A stretch of 63,899 nt of DNA, filler included, from Octopus bimaculoides (taxonomy: Eukaryota): the NCBI RefSeq assembly GCF_001194135.2. It is 7 parts of 7 records of this genome, joined end to end, with 100 filler letters (N's around TTAATTAATTAA, not from the genome) between each part and the next. Parts side by side here need not be neighbours in the genome. Positions count along the whole stretch, not along the records: positions 1 to 26,280 come from NC_068995.1; 6 more parts are not named here. One strand, 5' to 3'. The notes beneath the pieces are model-generated. The model saw only the letters and a list, made by a program, of their open reading frames with translations, searched no databases and was not told where the DNA came from. The translations under genes and the position numbers were made by a program. Below are positions 1 to 12,362 of this stretch, in pieces; the stretch's first letter is position 1, and each line of letters starts with the position of its first letter.

Positions 1-57
<57 letters not shown>

Positions 58-2020
58 GTACACACTTACACGCATTTATAATTTCATTCAAAATTTTTAG
101 CCTATTTTTTATGACTAATAGCTTATAAGTTTTCCCTTATGAATTCCACATAAATGTTAATAGAACTTCCTATAGACGGTTTTTTTTTACCTACACAGGG
201 GATTTTCTCACAACAACACCGTTTGTATTTCGTCTGATATTCGCATCCTAATTTCATTAACCGAAACAATTTTCATTCCTTTTTTTTCTTTTCATTTAAT
301 AATACTTCTGTCCTATATTTTGCATTTTTAGCTGTCATTTATACCTTGTTATCTATAACTTCTCAGATTATTTTTATCGTTTTAGAATTCCTGTGTATCT
401 TATATATCTATTAATTCGATCGATTCAGATGTAGGTTTTTTTTTAGCACACTCGTCCATATAATTTTCTTGATCAAAAAGTTGAGATCTTTTTTTGTCAA
501 CGATGTATTTTGTTTATTTGTTCATGATCTTTCGATATAGGCACATAAAATGGCCGACTACAAAGTGTAGCAGTTATAGGGAAAATGCTAATTGCCATTA
601 ATCAGCAACAAAATGCAAGGAAAAGGTACATGATTTATTTATATCTATATATAATTTCTGTTTCTTACAATCCTGAACGTGAAATAATATGATTACAAAG
701 GAAAATAATACTTACCTGTTATTCTTTGTACGATATAAATAAAAAAAATTCTTTCTTTCCTTCTTTTTTCTTTATTTATTTTACTACAATCTCTAGACTG
801 AAATAAAATAATCACAAAAGGATAGTAATATCTGATGTAACAGATGAACGACATCAATGTTTTATGATTGTGGCAACGACGCCAACTAAACTCCTGAAAC
901 CATCGTTCACGTTATAGTCGGTCATTTTATGTACCTACATCGAAAGATTAACTTTTCAGAAATCTATCATGCATTATTGATTTTAAATCAATTTAATCCT
1001 ATTGATATGAATAATTTTTAAGTAATTTTTTTTTTTTACATATACTCTTCGATTTTTACTTGCATTTAAGATATATCAATACATTAATTTATTGAAAGAC
1101 TATTGGCTAAGACACTAATCAAATGTTTATAGACCGCCGTATAATTAATTGATTAATTTAATAAATCTTACCACTTTCGTGCTTTTAATTGCTTCTTAAT
1201 CAAATTTGCCGCAAGAAATAAAGGGAAACTATTTTCCCTCAAAATAATCTACTCTGGGCTAATTATTTCCTCTTATTTCATTGCTTTTTGTTTTATATTT
1301 ACTAATTTCTTTTTCTCTTCATTTTATAAGCGTTTTTAAAAAATATCTTTTGTGCATACCTTTTATCATATATTTGTTTCAGTCATTGAAATGTGGCCAA
1401 GCTGGGGCACCGCCATGAAGGGTTTTGGTCGAAAAAAATCGACCCCAGTACTTATCGGTCTCTTTTGCCGAACCTTTAACTGTACCCTAGTTGTTCGCCG
1501 GTAGGCTGCGATTTGATGCAGTGGAAAATACTATCTCAAGGTGCCGTGTGTTAAAACACCCGAAAGTCATAGACAGGCAATACAACTCACCCCACATCCC
1601 ACACAGGAGCGATGGACATCGATGTTTCGCCATTTTTAAATTGTGTTCCTTTTCGATAAATAAAAAAAAAATCTTTTCTAACCCAGCTCTAAGTTTTAGA
1701 TTCTTCAAATCGTCTGAAGTAAAATGAACATGGTTGTCTGGTTAAGAAGTTCACTTCGCAACAAGATGTTTAAGTCCCACTGCACAGTGCTTGGGCGAGT
1801 GTCTTTGAATGACTAATACTTTTTGAGTGATTTGCTAGACAGAAACTGTATGGAAGCACATCCTTCATGTGTGCGTATGTGTGCGTGCATGTATTAGTGT
1901 AAACACACACACATACATGCATATGTATGTATATACACTTCTAATATAGGATAAAATTTTTCAAAAATTTCATCAAGTGGCCAGCATATTAAAATACCTT
2001 TTAAGGTGAAAATTATAAAC

Positions 2021-2327
2021 AATTATAAATGAGGGCAAAAGAAAAATTTCTATGCCAATATGCTGATAAGCAGACTTTAAATCGTCAAACACTACATACA
2101 ATATACATCACTACAAATATACATCGTGTTGAATCGAGGGAAGCAAGTTAATAGAATTTTTTTTTTTTACGCATTTAAACAAAAAGAAAAATTCTGTTAA
2201 CTTTTTTCCCTCGATTCAACACGATGTGTATTTATAGTGATGTATATTGTTTATGGAGTTTGACGATCTAAAGTCTGCTTATCAGCATATTGGCATAGGA
2301 ATTTTTCTTTTGCCCTCATTTATAATT
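2021..2327. repeat. Long palindrome: ~140-bp arms, ~28-nt loop
   Basis: aattataaatgagggcaaaagaaaaatttctatgccaatatgctgataagcagacttt... (2021 onward) is the reverse complement of ...aaagtctgcttatcagcatattggcataggaatttttcttttgccctcatttataatt (ending 2327), about 90% identical by eye. Confidence 0.9.
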
Positions 2328-3755
2328 ATATATATATATATATATAAATTTTTAATTAAAATATTGCAGCTAAGGATAAAATTTCAAATAAAATATTTAG
2401 ATTTAGAAAATATTAGCTTTTATTAAACTGAAAATTTTATTAGAAGTTATTACTTCTATTTGTTATTACTTGCTACTTCTATTAAAAATGAAAAATAACT
2501 CAATTAGAATAGTTTTTGTACTTTAAGAAAATACATATTTTTAGTTATTAATTAATAATTAGAAATCCGAAAATAGGTTATAAAAAATAATAGTAGCACA
2601 TAATTAGTTAGTACAATAAATAGAATAATACAAAAATTAGTTATATATTACAGTAAAATCAACCTATAACAACAAATTCATTGTAAAATTTGCTTGAGTT
2701 ATTGCCTAAGTTACTGCCAATTCTTCACATTTTTAGTCTAGACCCAATACCTATATTTTACATAACGAATTTGCCTACCATTATTCTATTTTGCATAACA
2801 TTTTAGCTAGATTGGTACTTCTGGCTCTCATTTTTTAAGTATTCTAGTGGTCAATACTTTAACAAAATGATGGTACCTTTTTAATTATAATGTTATTTTG
2901 TAAATTATTAACAAATAATTTTTATTATTCAAATTTTATCCTTGGCTGCAATATTTGAAGTAAAAATTTTCTTGTTCTGTACTTTACCAGATGTAATAAC
3001 TTGTCCTGTACTTTTCCAGATTTATAATTTTAAGAATATTATTTCGCTTGCTCGCATTTTTCCATGTCATCCATGTTTTTTTTCAGGCTATGCTACTATA
3101 CTAATTAATAATGTGTCAAATGAGTCAATTCGCGGTGGCGCTGATAATTTTTTCTTTACCTCAATGATCCCGGTGACATGTATTGAAAGTCCCTTTATAG
3201 ACCTATATTCTTAAAAAAAAAAAGAACTATATTACCACCTTCAAATTTGAGAAACAAACACTCATAACTTTTTTCTTTTAAAACTTTATTGCATAAGATT
3301 GATACCATGAAATTCCTCGAATTGAGCTCTATTATTTAAGCTTAATAAAAATGTAGTTTGTTTTAAAAATAAAAGTTAATTATACTTAGATCTAATTTTT
3401 TTCCTTATATTTTTTCAAGATATTTTACCTCAACTCCCTATCATATAACAATTGTTGGTTTGTTTACAGTAACGAAGTGGTTCGTCAAAAGACTGATAAA
3501 ATAAATACCAAACTTACAAAAAGAAAAGTACTGAGATCGATATCGATTCGGCAAAGCGATAAGGTGCAACAACATCAAGAGCCTCTCAAGCTTACAACGT
3601 GTGTCGAAAGATTCTAATTTGCTGTTGGTGAATTGGATTACAGTGTTTTGGCAGTCATTAATCAATTAATCCAACAAATTAATGAGACGTAGTTAATTAC
3701 TTTAAACCTTAAAATAATATTTCATTGTATGTCAATGAATATTACCTTTTATCTT

Positions 3756-4405
3756 TTATTTGTTTCAATCATTGGACTGCGGCCATGCTGGGGCACTTCA
3801 CGAAGAATTTTAGTCACATGAATCAACCCCAGTACTTTTTTTTAAAAAAAACCTGGTACTTATTCTATTAGACTCTTTTGCCGAACCGCTCGGTTGCGGG
3901 AACTTAAACACACCAACACCGGTTGCCAAGCAGTGGCGGGGGATAAACACGCACACACACACACACANNNNNNNNNNNNNNNNNNNNNNNNNNNNNNNNN
4001 NNNNNNNNNNNNNNNNNNNNNNNNNNNNNNNNNNNNNNNNNNNNNNNNNNNNNNNNNNNNNNNNNNNNNNNNNNNNNNNNNNNNNNNNNNNNNNNNNNNN
4101 NNNNNNNNNNNNNNNNNNNNNNNNNNNNNNNNNNNNNNNNNNNNNNNNNNNNNNNNNNNNNNNNNNNNNNNNNNNNNNNNNNNNNNNNNNNNNNNNNNNN
4201 NNNNNNNNNNNNNGTGCTGAAATGTTACTGACTTTAAGGGTATCGCGAAAGGCCTGGTTCTTTTATAGGGCTTAGAAAAAAAAACCGAAGGACCGCTGCA
4301 ATAAGTGTTTGAATCTGAGAGGGGAATATGTTGAATAAAATTATAACTAACTGATCCTCCTGTATTTTCTTTTACCCAAAGCCAAGAACTTTTCATCACC
4401 CCATC

Positions 4406-4442
<37 letters not shown>

Positions 4443-4535
4443 ACTGACATCTTTCAGTTTATCTCCTTCAAATCCAAGGCTATAATAGAAGATACATTCC
4501 CAAGGTGTCCTGCAGTAGGACTGAACTCGGAACCT
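3756..4535 (-). mobile_element. SINE family A (spans gap)
   Basis: Reverse-complement match to the 15607 copy on both sides of the microsatellite/gap. Confidence 0.8.
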
Positions 4536-5183
4536 TGTGGTTGGAAAGCAAACTTCTTATCACATCATCATTTTCTTTTCATATATTTTTATAGTTAAGG
4601 CGCATAGCCTAGTAGTTAGAGGTGTTCTGCTCACGGACATAACATCGCCGGTTCAATTTCTGAAGTCGCTGGTACCTAGAGTCCTTGAGCAAGACACTTC
4701 ATTTCACGTTGCTCCAGTCTACTCTGCTGAAAACGAGTTCCAGAGTACTGGTGCTGCTCTCTCTCTCTTACATCAGCTGCCATGTCCTGGATGTACCGCT
4801 GGGTCAAAAGGGTTGGGGAGTTCGCGACTGTAAAGGCACCGAAAAATACCTATGTTGTTGCGTGTAGACAAGGACACCTGCTCAACCTTTATACACTCGA
4901 TCCAGCGGAATATCCAATACGTGAAACCTGGAAGGAAGAGAGAACTGCACCAGCAACACAGCTGATGAAACGGACGTAAAGCAAATTTGACTTCGGCGAG
5001 ATTTGAACACCAAGGGTAGATATTTTCGGTTTGACACACCAGATCCGATTGGTTTGAAATTTTCTGCACAAATGAAGATTTTCATGTTAATCGCGAAAAT
5101 CATAACCATTTCTTAAAGAAATTAAAAATAAAGATGTTGAGAGCCTTTAAACATTGGAAAACATTTTGGGTTACTTCTTAACA

Positions 5184-5534
5184 GGAGGTGCAATGGCCCA
5201 GTGGTTAGAGCAGCGGACTTGTGGTCATAGGATCGCGGTTTCGATTCCCAAACCGGGCGTTGTGCGTGTTTATTGAGCGAAAACATCTAAAGCTCCACGA
5301 GGCTCCGGCAGGGGATGGTGGCGAACCCCGCTGTACTCTTTCACCACAACTTTCCCTCACTCTTACTTCCTGTTTCTGTTGTACCTGTAATTCAATGGGC
5401 CAGCCTTGTCTCGCTGTGTCACGCTGAATATCCCCGAGAACTACGTTAAGGGCACACGTGTCTGTGGAGTGCTCAGCCACTTGCACGGATCAACTGGAAC
5501 CCACGTCGTCGTAAGCGACGGAATGCCAACAACA
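5184..5534 (+). mobile_element. Full-length tRNA-derived SINE (family C) with (AAC)n tail and 11-bp TSD
   Basis: A-box TGGCCCAGTGG and B-box GGTTTCGATTCC; TSD acttcttaaca at 5173-5183 and 5535-5545. Confidence 0.9.
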
Positions 5535-6033
5535 ACTTCTTAACACAATTTGGTGCTGAAATTCACAAAAAGTGCTACTTTTTTATGAAATAGGTCTGTA
5601 AATTCCAGGTTTGAGATTTGGTGCAGCCTCGAATGTATCGATTCTTTGGTTGAAGATAATTAAAAAAAAAACACAAAACAAAAGTAAAAAGAATTAAAAA
5701 AATCCGGAATTGTCAAAGTTTAGGAGAGCTTTGATTTTTGGTCTTTTGGATCAAAACTGACCTGCGGCAACATCTGACGCAGCAGCAGCAACACCAACAA
5801 CAACAGCAACGGCAACAACATCATCAACTACTAAAGCTGTAGCTGGCAAAAAAGAAAACAAACAAAAATAATGAAAAATAAAAACACGAGCAAGAGATAT
5901 ATGGCTAAAGTAATTGGGCTAATATCTAGGTAGGTTGGTCACGTGGGAACTATTAATTTTCGCTCTAGATTAACATCTGTCTCTACTAAAACCATGTGTA
6001 TTTATGCGTGTGTGTATATAATACATACGCGCG

Positions 6034-6064
<31 letters not shown>

Positions 6065-6249
6065 GTACATAAAGATACATATATACAGTTATATATGGAT
6101 CAGCACATATATATGTATGTATGTATACACATACGTAAACATATATATATATACATACATATATATGTACATATATATGTACATACATACATATATATAA
6201 ATAAATGTATACATGTTTATATATGTATATATGCATTTATATATGTGTG

Positions 6250-6285
<36 letters not shown>

Positions 6286-7896
6286 TATATATATGCATAT
6301 TTATACACACACACACATTAAGCTTTATCTCTAAGTTTACATCCGACCTGCCATCTGATTTATATTATTCAATCGTACTGACTGTCTGTACAGCTTAAGT
6401 TAGAGCTATCACGCTAATTGTTCATAATTGACTGCAGCTCAACTTAAATTAGCCGAAGAAGAAGCGAGGGAGGTGGGAAGGTAGGAAAGCTGTTAGGTAA
6501 GGAAATATATTTGAATTTTAGTCTTTTTGATGTGTTTGGTTATTTTTAGCTGTATAACAATACACTAGACAGACATCGATGTGTTAATTTTGTTTGTATG
6601 TTTGCTTCAGTCTTCCAATCACTACTACCACTGCTACTGTCACCACCACCACCACCACTGCCAGACGTCGATGATACGTCGTAACTCTAAGTGTTCGGTG
6701 GTTTAATGCGCGTAGTCGTCTGTATGTTTGTGACCGATGCCCTGTTTAAGAGAAGCTTTATAGGGAAAGAGGAAGAGAAGGTTAAGATCTGAAGTGGAAA
6801 GTAAGTCGTGTTAGTCTACTAAAGACAATAAATAGTCCTCAAAAGAAAAAGAGAGGGAAAGAGCGGTGAGCGAGTTCAGTGGAGAGTTCTACAAGGGACG
6901 TAATAACGATGATGAAGCGTTAAGATGATCCAAAGTTTCTTCAGGACTATTATAGATTTCTTTAACTTCAAAAAAATGTATGAGCTAATGTATGTATCTC
7001 ATTTTCAGAACAAACAGGAGTTACGAGTGAGAAAGTTTACGTTGATGGATATGGAAAATATTGCAAAATTCCGGTTTCTTTTGAGTACTTCCTCGTATAT
7101 ATATGATATTATATATCATATCTTATATATACATATAACAGAAAATGTGACGACAAGGAAATAAACAATTATCTTATGAACTTCATTAGCTTACAGCTGT
7201 TTCTGCTCTAAGATGCAGCAGACTCATAGTTGAGTGCCTGAGTAACAGCTTATAACTTCATCGGAGCCTCAAATATGATATACAATTTATTTGGGAAAAG
7301 AATTACATTTATGCTTATCTATGGGAAACAGCATTTACAATGAGAAAGTAAACATGNNNNNNNNNNNNNNNNNNNNNNNNNNNNNNNNNNNNNNNNNNNN
7401 NNNNNNNNNNNNNNNNNNNNNNNNNNNNNNNNNNNNNNNNNNNNNNNNNNNNNNNNNNNNNNNNNNNNNNNNNNNNNNNNNNNNNNNNNNNNNNNNNNNN
7501 NNNNNNNNNNNNNNNNNNNNNNNNNNNNNNNNNNNNNNNNNNNNNNNNNNNNNNNNNNNNNNNNNNNNNNNNNNNNNNNNNNNNNNNNNNNNNNNNNNNN
7601 NNNNNNNNNNNNNNNNNNNNNNNNNNNNNNNNNNNNNNNNNNNNNNNNNNNNNNNNNNNNNNNNNNNNNNNNNNNNNNNNNNNNNNNNNNNNNNNNNNNN
7701 NNNNNNNNNNNNNNNNNNNNNNNNNNNNNNNNNNNNNNNNNNNNNNNNNNNNNNNNNNNNNNNNNNNNNNNNNNNNNNNNNNNNNNNNNNNNNNNNNNNN
7801 NNNNNNNNNNNNNNNNNNNNNNNNNNNNNNNNNNNNNNNNNNNNNNNNNNNNNNTATATATATATATATATATATTTCCAGATTGAGGGAATGGGG

Positions 7897-8003
7897 CTGG
7901 CAAAATCCAAGCTATATATGTTTCCTAACTGGCAGATCCTCGGAAGTAATAATTACTGAAGGAAGGGTATTTCACTAGCTACTCATCAGGCCGAAGATAC
8001 CTT
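7897..8003 (-). ncRNA. Degenerate type I hammerhead ribozyme (left arm of foldback)
   Basis: Minus strand: intact CTGATGA (plus 7983-7989), GTAGCTAG...CCAGTTAG stem II with mismatches, GAAAC (plus 7920-7924), palindromic ATAT loop, then ATA instead of GTA. Confidence 0.55.
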
Positions 8004-8168
8004 AGTTATATGAAGGTTATATTATCGTTAAGGGATCTCAAGTTAATTCGCCGGAGAAATAATTTAGAATTTTCAATTTAATTTAATTTAATTTCATTTC
8101 ATTCTTAAATTATGTCTTCGGTGAGTTAACTAGGGATTCCTTAACAACAATGAGACCTTCGTATAACT

Positions 8169-8275
8169 AAGGTATCGTCGGCCTGGTGAGTAGCTGGTGG
8201 AGTCCTCCTCGTTGAGTAATTATCACTTCCGAGAATCTGCTGGTTACGAAACATGCGTAGTCTGGATTTTACCTT
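8169..8275 (+). ncRNA. Degenerate type I hammerhead ribozyme (right arm of foldback)
   Basis: CTGGTGA at 8183-8189 (one change from CTGATGA). Stem II GTAGCTGG 8190-8197 pairs with CTGGTTAC 8240-8247. GAAAC 8248-8252, ATGC loop, GTA cleavage triplet 8257-8259. Stem I: GGC/GTC plus AAGGTA 8169-8174 with TACCTT 8270-8275. Confidence 0.6.
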
Positions 8276-9310
8276 CTCTATTCCCTCAATTTAGGATTTT
8301 ATTCTCATTCATAGCAAACCTAGTTGCTAACCGTGAACTATAAAAGCAAACTCTTTTCAGCTAATCGAACTTCGATATGGAAACGCCTACAACCTTCTAC
8401 GTCAATAAACTATTATTGTTCCTGGAAGTTGTTTTTTTCATACCTACTACGGACTGCATGAAGCTTACTAACTTCCTACACTAGGAACCTTTGATCTTAT
8501 AATTACACACGCGCATCCCCCCCCCCCCACACATATCATATATTGAATACAAGCAACATAGACTAAAAGCTTCTTAAGAGAATAAGAAATTGCATTATTT
8601 TCATCAATTTCAATCTCATGATTAGCAAAGCGTGAAACCGGTCGACTATCATTATATTCTACCCTTTAAAATATATTTAAAATATACAAATTGTGTGCAT
8701 TTTCCTTCTTTTATTATATATCTCGTCACCACAACTCACCACGTGGGGAAAATCCTCCTCAACGAAATTCTATTTTACCATATGTGTGTTTGTGTGTGTG
8801 TGTGTGTTATATTATGTCTGTGTAGATTTATAATACACTCACACACATACACACACATATACATATATATACATATGTATGTTCAGTTTTATTTCAAGAT
8901 TTCTTACCAATAGAGAAAGATTCGGTTTCTAACTTTGATCCAAGGCACCTTCATTGGAATTTCAACATCAAAAACAGAATATTTTTGTATGTATGTATGT
9001 ATGTATGTATGTATGTATGTATGAAAACTTGGGTCGATTTGCCCCAGCATGGCCGCAGTCTAATGACTGAAACAAGCAGAACATAAAAGATAAAAGGTAA
9101 CAGAAACGCAATGTTGGCCACGTGCCAAATAAAAAGAGGTTAATCTATTGCGTTGTTTTATGGCGGGAAACTATAGCAGTACAGCAGAAAAAGCAGCTCG
9201 TATAGTAGTGGTAGGAGTGGTAGTAGTAGTAGTAGGAGTAGTATAATGTTTGTATACATATATATGTGTATGTGTTATATATTTCATATAAGCATGTATG
9301 TATAATATGC

Positions 9311-9346
<36 letters not shown>

Positions 9347-9348
<2 letters not shown>

Positions 9349-9722
9349 TTGTTTTAGTCATTTTACTGCGGCCATACTGGAGCACCACCTTTAGTCAAAC
9401 AAATCGACCCTAAAACTTATTCCTTGTAAGCCTAGTACTTATTCTATCCGTCTGTTTTGCCGAACCGCCAAGTTACGGGGACATAAACACATCAACATCG
9501 GTTGTCAAGTAATGGTAGGGGGACATACACACACACATGCACAAACATGTGAATACATATATACGACGGGCTTCTTTTAGTTTCCGTCTACCAAATCCAC
9601 TCACAAGGTTTTGGTCGGCCCGAGACTATAGTAGAAGACACTTGCCAAGGTGCCACGCAGTGGGACTGAACCCAATACCATGTGGCTGGTAAGCAAGCTA
9701 CTTACGACATAGTCACTCCCGC
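9347..9722 (-). mobile_element. SINE family A
   Basis: Reverse-complement match (tttccgtctaccaaatccactcacaagg, cacgcagtgggactgaaccc). Confidence 0.88.
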
Positions 9723-9723
9723 A

Positions 9724-9761
<38 letters not shown>

Positions 9762-10011
9762 TATAGTTTTAGGGAAAATAACCAATTTTCAAGAACTCAT
9801 CGATGAAAATCCACTATCACATATAGAAAAATTAATAATTAAAAGCACAATAAATGAGTATAATATAAAGTAAAGTAAATACCATAAGATAAATATAATA
9901 ATATATATATTATATGTATATATAATATATATACATATATATATATATATATAAAACTTAGATATGTTTCGACCAAAGATTGGTGCAGGCCATGTCTAAT
10001 TTAATACCACC

Positions 10012-10094
<83 letters not shown>

Positions 10095-10439
10095 TAGTCA
10101 TACAAACACACACATATGCGTGTGTGTGTGTATGTATGCATGTATGTATATATGTATAAGAAAATACAGGAGGATCAGTTTATTATGATTTTATTCCACA
10201 TATTCCCATCTCAGAATAACACACTTATTGCAGTGGTTTTATTCAGTATTTCTAAGCCTTGTAAAAGAACTCGGAATGTTGGGCCTACACTCAAACTTTT
10301 CGCGATGCCCTTAAAGCCAGGGAGTTTTCAGCACCTCCCCGTATGTAACGAATAACTTCCTAGATTCTAAGCTAGGGTTCAAAACGGAATGTATATTTTT
10401 CTATAAGTACCTTTCCTATTATTCTCGACTTTTGCACAA

Positions 10440-10620
10440 GGAAAATTATAAGTGTCAATGGAAAAAAAGTACTGTCCAAGGCACATCTGACGTCGGACAT
10501 TCCAGGAAGAACTCAAACGCACGAAGAGCACTTGGACAGAAGAAGAAAGAACTGCGGTAGAACCACCACGATAACGAAAGTTCGCTGCCTTCTGTACTTG
10601 ACAACGCGGGAAGGTTTCAC
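10440..10620 (+). mobile_element. RTE-clade LINE ORF 3'-terminal fragment
   Basis: Translates PRHI*RRTFQEELKRTKSTWTEEERTAVEPPR*RKFAA, similar to the RTE C-terminal 'PRxTWRRT...W...A.DRxxWR' motif. Confidence 0.55.
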
Positions 10621-11241
10621 ACAAACACGCGCGCGTGCGTGCGTTCAGTTAAATAACCTTACGTAACATGATATGACCACAAGTACAGACGTGAATTTCT
10701 GGTATTTTGAAATATATGGTCGTCATTGCCATCATGGCGTATTTCGTTGTAAACAACGAATGGTTCGGCGCGATAAAGCGTCCCCCAGCTTCACATACAT
10801 ACATATATACATACATACATGCATACACAACCACATAATACATGCATGCATACATACATACACATACATATATACATACATGCGTACGTATGTATGTTCA
10901 TACACGCCCACAAACATGCATACATACATTCCTACATACATGCATGCAGACATGCATACATACATACATGCATACATACGTACGTACATACGTACATACG
11001 CACATATATATACATAATGCACGTGTATGTGTGTCAGTGTGTATACATATATGAGAGAAAGTGTTGCATGCGTGCGTGCATCTATCTATATATGTGTGTG
11101 TATGTATGTGTGTGTGTTTGTATACATAGTCAAGAGAAGAAGAGAAAGAGGAGAGAGAGAGAGAAAGAGCGAATGAGAGAGAGAGAGAGAAAAAGCGAAA
11201 GAGAGAGAGAGATAAAGCGAAAGAGAGAGAGACAACAAGAG

Positions 11242-11324
<83 letters not shown>

Positions 11325-12109
11325 GTGACACTGAGATAAAGAGACAGAAGGACAGAGAGAGTACCAGTAAATATGAAACCGNNNNNNNNNNNNNNNNNNN
11401 NNNNNNNNNNNNNNNNNNNNNNNNNNNNNNNNNNNNNNNNNNNNNNNNNNNNNNNNNNNNNNNNNNNNNNNNNNNNNNNNNNNNNNNNNNNNNNNNNNNN
11501 NNNNNNNNNNNNNNNNNNNNNNNNNNNNNNNNNNNNNNNNNNNNNNNNNNNNNNNNNNNNNNNNNNNNNNNNNNNNNNNNNNNNNNNNNNNNNNNNNNNN
11601 NNNNNNNNNNNNNNNNNNNNNNNNNNNNNNNNNNNNNNNNNNNNNNNNNNNNNNNNNNNNNNNNNNNNNNNNNNNNNNNNNNNNNNNNNNNNNNNNNNNN
11701 NNNNNNNNNNNNNNNNNNNNNNNNNNNNNNNNNNNNNNNNNNNNNNNNNNNNNNNNNNNGTGTGTGTGTGTGTCTGTGTGTGTGTGTGTCTGTGTGTGTG
11801 TGTGTGTGTGTATGCACGTGTGGGTGTGTGTGTGTGTGTAATGGGAAGTGTGGAGTGGACGAAGAGGATGACAATCTCAGAATTGTTACCAGTGACAACG
11901 ACAACAGAACGTCTCTTTGTCATACGGACAGACAGACAGATACACACACACACACACGCACACACACACACACACGCACGCACGCACACACACGCACGCA
12001 CACACAAGCATGAGCAAAATAAACAACACAGTAAAAAAAAAAACAGTAAAAAAGTAACAAAAATAAAAATATAAAACTATGGAAGATACTATTACGATTG
12101 TTGCGGAAC

Positions 12110-12271
12110 TGTCACCGATAAGCAAACAACAAGCATAGCAGCAATGTCAACAGCAGCACCAGCAACAGCAGCTGCACAAGTTGCAGCAGCAGCAGCAGCA
12201 GCAGCAACAGAAGCAACAGCGGCCGTAGAAAGGGTGTGTGGCGGCAGCGACGGCGTTGATAAATTACAAAT

Positions 12272-12312
<41 letters not shown>

Positions 12313-12315
12313 TAC

Positions 12316-12362
<47 letters not shown>

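Larger units (their letters stand above)
7871..8301. mobile_element. Foldback (inverted dimer) element with ~195-bp arms, Penelope pseudo-LTR/retrozyme-like
   Basis: 7876-8070 is the reverse complement of ~8102-8295 at roughly 80% identity by eye (e.g. agctactcatcaggccgaagataccttagttatatgaaggt vs the reverse complement agctactcaccaggccgacgataccttagttatacgaaggt). Short AT-rich spacer. The inverted repeat is directly visible; the family assignment is inferred. Confidence 0.8.

Noticed and set aside
716-797. 82-bp minus-strand exon-like unit (tttcag...CAG|gtaag) open in phase 0
   Set aside because: The peptide SRDCSKINKEKRRKERIFFIYIVQRIT is A-rich low complexity and unlike the next expected receptor exon; splice-like signals arise by chance in AT-rich DNA.
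2050-2095. CTGATAAG...GTC-AAAC in the palindrome arm as a second hammerhead
   Set aside because: Core positions deviate (G8 changed, G12 missing) and no stem I or III can be drawn.
5184-5260. tRNA-like sequences (also 18563, 46062 and family-A heads)
   Set aside because: A/B boxes are present, but each continues into a SINE body and lacks a complete cloverleaf; these are SINE heads, not tRNA genes.
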